Of a stretch of 28,331 nt of DNA, positions 1-8,535 are shown one piece after another (position 1 is the stretch's first letter; each line of letters begins with the position of its first letter). A program made the translations under genes and the position numbers. The DNA is from Pseudomonadota bacterium (GTDB lineage Bacteria; Bdellovibrionota_B; Oligoflexia; Oligoflexales; RGVZ01): positions 1-28,331 of the forward strand of contig JBEGVZ010000080.1 in assembly GCA_041178085.1 (NCBI GenBank). Direction: 5' to 3'. The notes beneath the pieces are model-generated. The model made no database searches, was not told the origin of the DNA, and was given only the letters and a program-made list of their open reading frames with translations.

Positions 1-1325
1 AAGCCCGACGTGACGAAGGTAGCGCCGTGCCTCGTCCTGGTCGCAGATTGCTGCTACGGCGCGGAGCTCTCCGCCGCAAGGACAGCGAGTGATGTCGATA
101 TTAAAGACACGGGATAAAAGCCTTGCCCAGCTCGACCCTTGAAGACCGCCTGGTTTTGAGTCCGGCTGGTCGTCTGCTTGATCACGTGCGTCACCCCCGG
201 CAACGCGCTTATGACGCCCAGCCTTTTTCACGCCAGGCTTGAGGATGATCTTCGGACGTAGCGGAGAATTCGGTGCAAATACCCCACCCCACTTCACCAG
301 ATGAGCGCGCGGAGGAGGCACGACCGCAGATAGCTTTTCAAGAAATTCCGACGGGGTGAGCAGCAAGTGGGACGTCCCATCGTGCCAAGGGGTTTTTAGC
401 TTTAGTTTCACAGTGCCGTCTTCGAATATTTCAAGACGCTCGTTTGAAAGGGGCCCCCTGGCCATGTATTCGACAAGCTTTCGCAGGCGGTTTCGCGAAT
501 GGGTATTTACCGATGTGTTGCAGTGAAGGGAAAAGCCATTCACGGAAAAACAAAGGCGGCCTTTGGCGAGCGGGATTTCCTCGTGATAGCCAAAGCCCGG
601 TCCTATGCGTGTCACCCGTCGTCCAGCGTTTGGGCCGAAGGCGATTTTTCCGCCGATAGAGGCAGATGACGCTGCAGCAAGCCCCTCATGATCGCGAAAG
701 ATCTCGTCGCAGTCCGGATTGGTGACCACTTCGCCGTCTTTACTGAGAAGACCTTCGCGGACAAGAAGGGCCATCACTTTTTTTGCGATGGCTTCCGCCA
801 AAGTGGATACGTCGGCATCCGTCAAAGGCGGTAGATTACGGAAGAGAGCAGTCCCACCGACCTCAGTAAACACCCCGTCTACCATCAGAACGTGCAGGTG
901 CGGATTAAGATTGAGGGCCGAGCCAGCCCTTTGCGTGAAGGCAATGCTGCCGGCCTTCTTGGATTTGATACCCAGACTTTTTGCTTTGCTTTCGTAGTGG
1001 CGATGCATCTCGCGGATCGCGCACCGGTGCACTTTTGCAAACAGCTTGCGATTGGCCTGCATCCAGTAACGCAGCGGGAGCTAAACGCCACCACCCTTTC
1101 CTGCGCATAGGCGTCGCACGTCATGCGAAGAAATCCCCACGCAGGAATGCCGCAGCGTAAAAAGGCCTCAAACTCATCTTCGATATGGGGTGGCAGCGGG
1201 CTGCCTTCGCCTTCTCGCTCAGAAAGAAACGTGGAAAGGGTATCCGAGACGACACGGTAGCAGGGGGTCAGCTCTGGGCGGCGGGGTCTGTAACTTGGCA
1301 GAGCTGTCTGCAGGCATGGATCCAC
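1..1325 (-). pseudogene. IS91/ISCR-like rolling-circle (HUH, Y2) transposase, frameshifted; truncated by the left window edge
   Basis: The frame from GTG 1325 gives YRPRRPE..EFEAFLRCG..GFLRMTCDAY..VAFS, the N-terminal Zn-binding region of IS91-like transposases. A different frame is open from ~1077 to base 1 (I checked it for stops) and gives PLRYW..TQRAGSALNLNPHLHVLMVDG (HUH)..GFSLH..YMARGPLS..KTPWHDGT..PPPRAHLVKWGGVFAPNS..WARLLSRVFNIDITRCPCGGELR. Confidence 0.9.
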
Positions 1326-1372
1326 CCGGCACAGTGGAACCTGCAGGGATCGTGTCGTGAAGTGACATCACA
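1269..1372 (+). repeat. 104-bp direct repeat, copy 1 (covers the transposase start and upstream sequence)
   Basis: Aligns without gaps to 2635-2738, with 6 mismatches by manual count. Confidence 0.95.
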
Positions 1373-1434
1373 CACCTGTCCAGTTTACTCCTACGCGTGT
1401 GTGCGCACCTGACGGCTAAGATCTCCGCTGGCAC

Positions 1435-1474
1435 TTGACCGCAACTCTATTGCATATTATCATAATATTATGCA
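1435..1474 (+). promoter_or_regulatory. Candidate sigma70 promoter with overlapping AT-rich palindrome, upstream of the AAA ATPase
   Basis: TTGACC(1435-1440)-N17-TATCAT(1458-1463). Inverted repeats ATATTAT-c-ATAATAT (1454-1468) and TGCATA/TATGCA (1451-1456, 1469-1474). Confidence 0.45.
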
Positions 1475-1499
1475 TTAGAGTTTTGGGGTTAATTTTTCC

Positions 1500-2633
1500 T
1501 TGTATAAACGAACACTTAAATTAGACGATCTGCTTCGCATGAAGAGCTTTTTCCTGTTCGGCCCCCGGTCAACGGGCAAAAGTACACTCATCCGCAACAC
1601 GTTACCCGACGCGCAAGTCTTTGATCTCCTAGATCGCGCGACGTTCCGGAGACTTTTGTCCGATCCATCCCTCATCGGACAAAGCACCAAAAAAGGACCG
1701 ATCGTCATTGATGAAATTCAAAAAATCCCCACCCTCCTTGACGAGGTACATCGCCAAATTGAGAACCACGGCAAAACGTTTCTGCTAACCGGAAGCAGCG
1801 CTCGCAAATTGCGCCGCGGAGCCGCGAACTTACTGGCTGGGAGGGCGTGGACCGCTGAGTTAATGCCACTCACGTCCGCCGAAATTGATGATTTTGACCT
1901 TAACCGGTATCTGACCCGCGGCGGCCTGCCGGTCGCGTATCAAAGCGAGCGCTGGCTTGAGGAACTTGACGCCTATGTCGGCAATTACCTGCAAGACGAG
2001 ATTTTGGCCGAATCACTGACCAGAAACATCGAGGCATTTTCTGAGTTTTTAACCCTTGCCGCGAAATCAAACGGTCAGGAAATCAATCTTCAGTCTTTCG
2101 CGACTGACTGCGGAGTCAGTCAGAATACTATCAAAAACTATTTTCAGATACTGACGGATACATTGATCGGATTCGCGCTGCCGGCCTACACAAAGAGCAC
2201 CCAACGCAAAGCGATCACGCGCGAGAAATATTATTTGTTCGATGTCGGCGTTCGAAATCGCGTATGCGACATCGAGAGCGTCAGCCCAAAAACTGATTCT
2301 TTTGGCAGAGCGTTCGAGCATTTTATTGTTATGGAAGTCAGAGCTTTCAACTCATATTTTCGCAAGAAAATGACTCTCCGTTACTGGAGGTCTACGTCGC
2401 AATTCGAGGTTGATCTCCTGATCGACCAAAAAATGGCTCTTGAGATTAAGGGTGTTAATCAAGTGACGGACAAGCATCTAAAGGGCCTGCGCGCCCTTAA
2501 AGATGAAGGGCACTTCGCGTCCTACGCCGTCGTATCTCTCGATCCAGAGCCACGGGTCACATCGGACGGGATCAAGATTTATCCCTGGCAGGACTTTTTG
2601 CGCGACCTTTGGCGGCACAAACTAGGCTTTTGA
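1500..2633 (+). CDS. AAA_14 family ATPase with C-terminal DUF4143 (PD-(D/E)XK-like) domain
   Basis: Walker A GPRSTGKS, Walker B IVIDEIQK, LTGSS, LAGRA, GGLP, KYYLFDVG, FEHFI and YWRS..EVDLL..LEIK. TTG start. Confidence 0.88.
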   Translation: MYKRTLKLDDLLRMKSFFLFGPRSTGKSTLIRNTLPDAQVFDLLDRATFRRLLSDPSLIGQSTKKGPIVIDEIQKIPTLLDEVHRQIENHGKTFLLTGSSARKLRRGAANLLAGRAWTAELMPLTSAEIDDFDLNRYLTRGGLPVAYQSERWLEELDAYVGNYLQDEILAESLTRNIEAFSEFLTLAAKSNGQEINLQSFATDCGVSQNTIKNYFQILTDTLIGFALPAYTKSTQRKAITREKYYLFDVGVRNRVCDIESVSPKTDSFGRAFEHFIVMEVRAFNSYFRKKMTLRYWRSTSQFEVDLLIDQKMALEIKGVNQVTDKHLKGLRALKDEGHFASYAVVSLDPEPRVTSDGIKIYPWQDFLRDLWRHKLGF

Positions 2634-2634
2634 C

Positions 2635-2738
2635 CAGCTCTGTGCGGCGGGATCGGTAACTTGGCGGAGCTGTCTGCAGGCATGGATCCACCCGGCACAG
2701 TGGAACCCGCAGGGATCGTGTCGTGAAGTGACTTCACA
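2635..2738 (+). repeat. 104-bp direct repeat, copy 2 (orphan IS91-like 5' end)
   Basis: Starts 1 nt after the ATPase stop codon and ends in the perfect inverted repeat GTGAAGT-g-ACTTCAC (2723-2737). Confidence 0.95.
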
Positions 2739-2999
2739 AGGTGCCAAGCCAAAAATTCCTGAAACCCCGGACGCCCTTAGCTAACCCACCGCTAACTTTG
2801 ACTTTTTGGACACGTCCCTCATCAATCCAAGCCTCGACTGCCAAATCAACGGATCCACCTTGGAATCTGCGCCGCAGCATGCTCCACAACAGCCCGTCTT
2901 TTTAATCGATTTCAATAAAATCAGGGTTGACGACAGGGGGTTACAGTTCATATTCACAGCAGTGAATCGGACGGACAGAAAAGATCATTGGCAGGGTAT

Positions 3000-4406
3000 A
3001 TGAATAGCCCAAATCCCCCGACAATTCCGGTAGATCCGCGCCTTGGCGTCCGCTTGCGCGCGCACGGTCAGCAGGTGTCGGGCTGGGCAGTTGCCGCAGC
3101 AGCGGGAAAACTTCTCATTGAATCGCTGGACGACCTGCCTTTCGTCACCGCCGATGTCGCATCCCTGAAAATTGAAACCTGCGACGCCGACTTCGCGACC
3201 CGGGTGAGGCCAGGCCAACGTCACGGCCAACTTGACGTCGAGCTGACCGACCCGACTCAGCGCCAAACCTTTGATGCGTTGCTGGCCAGTCAGCGGAAAA
3301 TCCATCACATCGAAATTTGCCAGACTCGCGACGTTGAATCGTCCGACCGGGACAACGGTCTTTCCGACGTTGCCTTCATGCCGCGCGCCCTGCCCGGGCT
3401 TGACTGGGACGAGATCGACTGTTCCGCCAGCTTTCTGGGCCGGACGTTCCGCGCTCCCATCTTGATCACCGGAATGACAGGCGGGGTGAACGAAGGGCGG
3501 CGAATCAATCACATCCTGGCGCGCGCTGCGGCCGAAGCCGGTATCCCTATGGGCGTCGGGTCGCAACGGCTCGCCCTTGAGGATACCCGTTACGCCCCCA
3601 TATTTGACGTCAAAAAAGAAGTGCCCGGAGTATTCCTGATTGCCAACATCGGAGCCGCACAGCTGGCCAGTGCGTCATCTCCCGAAGCCGCGCGCACGCT
3701 CTGCCGCGCTGCGGTGGACATGATCCAGGCCGACGCCCTTGCCATCCACATCAACGTCCTGCAGGAACTCATCCAAATCGAAGGCGACCGGAATTTCCGC
3801 GGTGTCGCTGAAACCATTCGCGTCATTGCCGCGGACTTTCCCGTACCGGTCATGGTCAAGGAAGTTGGCGCCGGAATGGATCCGCAAACCGCACTGGAAC
3901 TCACCCAGGCGGGCGTGGATGCCATTGACGTCGGCGGCCGTGGCGGAACCTCATGGGGCTGGATTGAAGGCCTGCGCGCCAAAGACCCGGACGTCCTGGA
4001 AATTGCCACCACTTTCCGCGACTGGGGTCTTACGACGGGAAAGGCCCTGCGCCTTGCCCGGGCCGCCCTCCAAGACAACCAGCTAAAGACCGGCGGAACG
4101 CCCAGCCCCGCGCTGGTGGCGACCGGCGGTATACGCACCGGGCTTGACGTGGCCAAGGCAGTTGCCCTTGGAGCATCCATGACCGGCATCGGCTTGCCCC
4201 TTTTCCGCGCTGCACTTCAGGCTGGATCAGAAGGTGGACAACTTGCCGTTGGCAAAAAACTTTCCCAGCTTGTCCGCGGCCTCAAGACCGCCATGATGTG
4301 CACGGGCTCACGTGACCTGTCGGGACTGCGCGGCGCACTCATCGACCATTCCAGAAACATGACCGGTGTAACCCATCCGGTAACGACCGGAGGTGAAATG
4401 ACATGA
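3000..4406 (+). CDS. fni: Type 2 (FMN-dependent) isopentenyl-diphosphate delta-isomerase with ~97-aa N-terminal extension
   Basis: RKIHHIEIC, PILITGMTGG, GVGSQR, ANIG, HINVLQELIQIEGD, VKEVGAG, GRGGTSW, ATGGIRTGLDVAKAVALGA. Start placed at ATG 3000; TTG 2988 is the alternative. Confidence 0.93.
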   Translation: MNSPNPPTIPVDPRLGVRLRAHGQQVSGWAVAAAAGKLLIESLDDLPFVTADVASLKIETCDADFATRVRPGQRHGQLDVELTDPTQRQTFDALLASQRKIHHIEICQTRDVESSDRDNGLSDVAFMPRALPGLDWDEIDCSASFLGRTFRAPILITGMTGGVNEGRRINHILARAAAEAGIPMGVGSQRLALEDTRYAPIFDVKKEVPGVFLIANIGAAQLASASSPEAARTLCRAAVDMIQADALAIHINVLQELIQIEGDRNFRGVAETIRVIAADFPVPVMVKEVGAGMDPQTALELTQAGVDAIDVGGRGGTSWGWIEGLRAKDPDVLEIATTFRDWGLTTGKALRLARAALQDNQLKTGGTPSPALVATGGIRTGLDVAKAVALGASMTGIGLPLFRAALQAGSEGGQLAVGKKLSQLVRGLKTAMMCTGSRDLSGLRGALIDHSRNMTGVTHPVTTGGEMT

Positions 4407-5584
4407 AGTCAAGATTGCCTGGTTTTTATGAATTGCCGCACTCGGAAAGACTTCAAGTCGCCAGTCAGTTTGCTGGCCTGGGTGATACCGACGCGCGGTC
4501 GCTTGGCCAGTTTGGCGCATTGACCCCGGAACTGACGGATGTGTTCATCGAAAACGCCATTGGCACCTTCAGCCTGCCACTTGGAGTGGCCACCAACTTT
4601 CTGATCAACGGCAAAGACGTCTTGATCCCAATGGCCGTAGAAGAAACCTCCGTGCTGGCCGCCGCAAGCCATGGCGCAAAACTGGCCCGATCTGGCGGAG
4701 GTTTTTTCTGCTCGGCCAGCGATCCGGTCATGACCGGACAAATCCAGCTGTTCGTCGATGAGTTCACGGACGAAGACCGTGCAACGCTTGCCGAAAATCG
4801 CGAAAAATTAATCGCCCTGGCCAACCGGGGGCACGACGGGCTGATCGCCAGGGGAGGCGGCGCGTGCGACATCGAATGGCGCTGGATCCCTGAAATCAAC
4901 AGCATCGTCGTACACCTGTACGTCGACACACGCGACGCAATGGGCGCCAATATTGTCAACACCATGTGTGAACGCCTGGCGACACACCTTGCCACGCTGC
5001 TTTGCTGCGATACCGGATTGCGTATCCTGACCAACCTGACGGACAGGCGCCTTGCGAAAGCCAGCTGTACTGTGCTCAAAGAGGCTTTCGAATCGCGGGA
5101 CTACCGCGGCGCCGATGTCGTCGACCGCATCGTCAAGGCGTGGGAATTTGCGTGGCATGACGTTTACCGCGCAACCACCAACAACAAAGGCGTAATGAAC
5201 GGAATCGATCCGGTCCTTATCGCCACTGGCAATGACTGGCGTGCGATCGAAGCCGGAGCCCATGCCTGGACTTGTCGCACGGGTACCTACCGTCCGATGG
5301 CTCGATGGTCGAAAGACGAAAATGGCAACCTGAACGGGGAACTCGAGCTGCCCATGGCAGTCGGAACCGTCGGCGGCGTCACCAAGCTGCATCCAACCGC
5401 AAAGGCATCGCTGCGCATGATGGGATCGCCCAACGCCCAGGAGCTGGCGGGCATCATTTGCGCTGTCGGACTGGCGCAAAACCTTTCCGCACTGCGCGCC
5501 CTTGCATCGGAAGGGATCCAGCGCGGTCACATGGGCCTTCATCACAAAAACCTCGAACTGCTGGCCAAGGGCTCGACCAGGTGA
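4403..5584 (+). CDS. mvaA: Class II HMG-CoA reductase
   Basis: ENAIG, PMAVEETSV, DAMGANIVN, TNNKGVMNG, ATGNDWRAIEAG, GTVGG, GLAQN and GIQRGHM (catalytic His). Confidence 0.95.
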   Translation: MKSRLPGFYELPHSERLQVASQFAGLGDTDARSLGQFGALTPELTDVFIENAIGTFSLPLGVATNFLINGKDVLIPMAVEETSVLAAASHGAKLARSGGGFFCSASDPVMTGQIQLFVDEFTDEDRATLAENREKLIALANRGHDGLIARGGGACDIEWRWIPEINSIVVHLYVDTRDAMGANIVNTMCERLATHLATLLCCDTGLRILTNLTDRRLAKASCTVLKEAFESRDYRGADVVDRIVKAWEFAWHDVYRATTNNKGVMNGIDPVLIATGNDWRAIEAGAHAWTCRTGTYRPMARWSKDENGNLNGELELPMAVGTVGGVTKLHPTAKASLRMMGSPNAQELAGIICAVGLAQNLSALRALASEGIQRGHMGLHHKNLELLAKGSTR

Positions 5585-6573
5585 AAATCACTGCAACAGT
5601 CCCGGGCAAGGTCATGCTGGCCGGCGAGTATGCCGTGCTCGACGGCGGTCGTGCGATCGCGATGGCCCTGGATGGCAGACTTGAAGTGCAGTGCAGAGTC
5701 TCGTTTGCAAACGCAAACCCCGCCAAAACCCGCATCACGCTGACCAGCGACCTGTGGCCTCAACCTGTTTCTTTTGAACTTCCTGAAGGGCGCCCTGAAG
5801 TCGGCGTCGCCACACCGTTTGTCGATGCAGCGATCGCTGCTCTGGATTTTTTTGAACAAAAGCCGGCGACTCTTGAATTTTCTGCCAGAGGAAACCTCGA
5901 TCCCGCGCTGGGCGCGGGCAGCTCTTCGGCCTTGCGCCTTGCAACCCTTGCGGCGGCCGAACGTGCCGCCAATAGCACCAAGGCAACCGATCTCGACGCG
6001 ATCGAATCCCTTGCCGTGAACCTGCAGCGCCTTACCCAACCCGCAGCTTCAGGCTACGACGTCGCTATCCAGAGGCGCGGAGGTGGCATCGTTTTCTGCG
6101 CTGGGCAATCCACCGTCATCCCGACACGTGATCTTGAACGACTGACCAACCACGTGGCGATCATCGCTGGCGGCCGCGGCGCACCGACCGGCACGACCAT
6201 GCGTGAGTTTCTGGGATGGCTGACGCCAGTACGAAAGGCCAGACTGATGTCGCTCTCCGAGGCGCAGGTCGATGCCTGGCTGGCATTCATGGAAGGGAAA
6301 ACAGACCTTACGCCTTTGGTCACAACGATTGCGGCTCATCGCACATTCATGGCGGATTCACCAGTTTTCCCCCATGGCCCCGCAAAAATCCTGGACCAGG
6401 TGCCTGGAGTCGACCGCACCTGGACATGGAAACCGACGGGAGCGGGCGGCGAAGACTCCTTGCTACTGATCGGTCCTGCGGAGGACATCAATCCCGCCAT
6501 CAGCGCCATGACATCTTCGGGCTGGCAGCTCTCAACAATGGGCTTTTGCCGGGAGGGCCTGCAACTATGTTGA
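5581..6573 (+). CDS. mvaK2: Phosphomevalonate kinase (GHMP family)
   Basis: GTG 5581 overlaps the mvaA stop (GTGA). PGKVMLAGEYAVL, LGAGSSSA, SGYDVA, KPTGAGGED. The ORF-track start at 5272 is an upstream over-extension. Confidence 0.8.
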   Translation: MKITATVPGKVMLAGEYAVLDGGRAIAMALDGRLEVQCRVSFANANPAKTRITLTSDLWPQPVSFELPEGRPEVGVATPFVDAAIAALDFFEQKPATLEFSARGNLDPALGAGSSSALRLATLAAAERAANSTKATDLDAIESLAVNLQRLTQPAASGYDVAIQRRGGGIVFCAGQSTVIPTRDLERLTNHVAIIAGGRGAPTGTTMREFLGWLTPVRKARLMSLSEAQVDAWLAFMEGKTDLTPLVTTIAAHRTFMADSPVFPHGPAKILDQVPGVDRTWTWKPTGAGGEDSLLLIGPAEDINPAISAMTSSGWQLSTMGFCREGLQLC

Positions 6574-7604
6574 CCACGGTTTCGGCAAGCGCACCAAGCA
6601 ACATCGCCCTGATAAAATACTGGGGCAAATCGGATCCTGCGTTGAACTGGCCCGCCAACGATTCGCTGAGCATGACCCTTAGCCGGGCCGCCACCACTAC
6701 CACGGCGCGCATAAGAACTGGTGCCGCCACACCCCAGCACCATCAACTTGCGTTCGCGGGGTTCGAAGCGCGGACTCCAAACGCAAAGACGATCCGGTTT
6801 CTTGAGTGGTTGCGCGGCGAAGTGGCCCGCTTTGGTCAGGCGGAAGGTGCGCTCGACCTGGTCACGGCAAACACATTCCCGTCTTCCTGCGGCATCGCAA
6901 GCAGTGCCAGTGGTTTTGCCGCTTTGACGGTGGCTGCTGCCGGCGCCTGGCTTGGCGCCGATTCGATGGAGGCCCTAGCAAAAAAAGGCGTTACCGAAGA
7001 CCTTTTGGCGACGTGGGCACGGCGAGGATCGGGCAGCGCCTGCCGCAGCATTTCTGGGGGGTTCGTCCTCTGGGAGCGTGGCGACGATGCTGCACACCAA
7101 AAAACCCGTAGCGTCTTTTCTTCGACCTGGTGGGAATTGGCGGACTTGATTGTCATCATCGATGACTCAGCGAAGTCCGTGAGCTCCAGCGATGGGCATG
7201 CCCGTGCGTTCTCTAGCCCGCTCATGCAGCCGCGACTCCAGAAACTTCCGGAGCGCATCCAGAAGGTTGCCGCTGCCATTGAAACACGCGACCTGCCGAA
7301 GCTTGGTGCATTGATCGAGGAAGAAGCCATTGAGATGCATGAGATCATGAGAACTTCCTCGCCGCGGACGGAATATTTTGGCGCACCAACAATCGAATTT
7401 CTTGACTGGCTTCGCCAGGGCCGCGCGGCAGGGGACCTGCCTGCATGGTTCACCCTGGACGCAGGACCAAACCCGCACCTGATTTGCCTGCCGGAGGATT
7501 CCCAGCGCATCAAGACCCAGATCCAGGCACGTTTCCCAGGAATGCAGGTGATCCAGGACATCACCGGCAAGGGGGCGACGCTCGGGAGGCAACATGGTCA
7601 TTGA
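6567..7604 (+). CDS. mvaD: Diphosphomevalonate decarboxylase
   Basis: ATG 6567. APSNIALIKYWGK, NDSLS, FPSSCGIASSASG, RRGSGSACRS, FTLDAGPNPH. Confidence 0.95.
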   Translation: MLTTVSASAPSNIALIKYWGKSDPALNWPANDSLSMTLSRAATTTTARIRTGAATPQHHQLAFAGFEARTPNAKTIRFLEWLRGEVARFGQAEGALDLVTANTFPSSCGIASSASGFAALTVAAAGAWLGADSMEALAKKGVTEDLLATWARRGSGSACRSISGGFVLWERGDDAAHQKTRSVFSSTWWELADLIVIIDDSAKSVSSSDGHARAFSSPLMQPRLQKLPERIQKVAAAIETRDLPKLGALIEEEAIEMHEIMRTSSPRTEYFGAPTIEFLDWLRQGRAAGDLPAWFTLDAGPNPHLICLPEDSQRIKTQIQARFPGMQVIQDITGKGATLGRQHGH

Positions 7605-8535
7605 ACGCCGGTACACGGCCTGTGCGAAGACCATCCTTGTTGGCGAGCATGCGGTAGTCCACGGTGCAGAGGCCGTGGCCATGCCGCTGCGCGACATGCG
7701 CCTTGAACTTTCCGTCCGTCAGGAATCCCAGCCCGCATCACCACGCCCACTCTTGCAAATGGAGCTCGGCGGCCAGCAGGTCTCTCCGCAACTTCTTGAA
7801 GCGGCACGGGAAGCGGCGCGCCTTCTTGACGTACGCGACCCGGGACTCAGGATCTCCGGAACGTCCACCATTCTGGTCGGCGCGGGACTTGGCTCATCGG
7901 CTGCTTTGTGTGTTGCTTTGCTGCGGGCAATGGCGGGAGTTTACGGCCACGATATCGAGGAAGATGACCTGGCACGCCTTGCCAACCGCCTGGAACAGGC
8001 CTTTCATGGCACACCCTCAGGGCTTGACACCAATGTTGTCGCCCGGGAACGCGTGATCCGTTTTACCCGGCAGAACGGCCCTGTCGGGGTCAATGTTTCC
8101 GGGACGTGGAACTTTGCCCTCATCGATAGCGGCGAAAGGGCTTCCACAAGTACAATGATCGAGCGCGTGAGCCCCTGGTTTCTTGATAAAACCCAGGGCG
8201 AATCACGCATCCACGCTTTCAACAAACTTGCCAGCAATGCTTGCAGCGCCTTGTCGACCGCAAACCATTTGCTGCTTGCGGACGTCATGAATGAGGCGTC
8301 GGCACGTCTGGCCGAAGCAGGCGCGATGACGCCCGTCCTGCACGAGCTGCGGGAAGCAGCCATGGCCAGTGGTGCGCTGGGGGTGAAAGTCACCGGGGCC
8401 GGTGGCGGCGGGTGCCTGCTGGCACTTCTGCCGGGGGAACGTCCGGACGCCGTTTGTGCGCAACTGGACCGGCACCTGGGGTCGCGGCCACTTATCCCGA
8501 TCAAGTTGAAAGAAATGCGAGAGCAAGAAAGATGA
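7594..8535 (+). CDS. mvk: Mevalonate kinase
   Basis: AKTILVGEHAVVHG, GAGLGSSAA, HGTPSGLD, KVTGAGGGGC. Confidence 0.92.
   Translation: MVIERRYTACAKTILVGEHAVVHGAEAVAMPLRDMRLELSVRQESQPASPRPLLQMELGGQQVSPQLLEAAREAARLLDVRDPGLRISGTSTILVGAGLGSSAALCVALLRAMAGVYGHDIEEDDLARLANRLEQAFHGTPSGLDTNVVARERVIRFTRQNGPVGVNVSGTWNFALIDSGERASTSTMIERVSPWFLDKTQGESRIHAFNKLASNACSALSTANHLLLADVMNEASARLAEAGAMTPVLHELREAAMASGALGVKVTGAGGGGCLLALLPGERPDAVCAQLDRHLGSRPLIPIKLKEMREQER

Noticed and set aside
885..1079. C-terminal part of the 146-aa minus ORF (885..1325)
   Set aside because: Out-of-frame read-through after the deletion; the real transposase sequence is in another frame.
1342..1357. Sigma54-like CGACACGATCCCTGCA on the minus strand, upstream of the transposase (also in repeat copy 2)
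   Set aside because: The invariant -24 GG is GA in both copies.
1269..2738. Direct repeats as a CRISPR array or prophage att sites
   Set aside because: Only two copies, 104 bp long, derived from the transposase 5' end; no cas, integrase or tRNA nearby.
2801..2819. ACTTTTTGGACACGTCCCT, reminiscent of an IS5/IS1182-type terminal inverted repeat
   Set aside because: I found no partner repeat or DDE transposase in the window, so it cannot be supported.
2927..2954. TTGACG-N16-CATATT as the mevalonate operon promoter
   Set aside because: Plausible position but weak -10 and short spacer; not enough to list as a feature.
5272..8531. Extended ORF-track starts at 5272, 6216 and 8412 suggesting N-terminal fusions
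   Set aside because: They overlap upstream genes deeply; the coupled starts at 5581, 6567 and 8532 coincide with the family N-terminal motifs.
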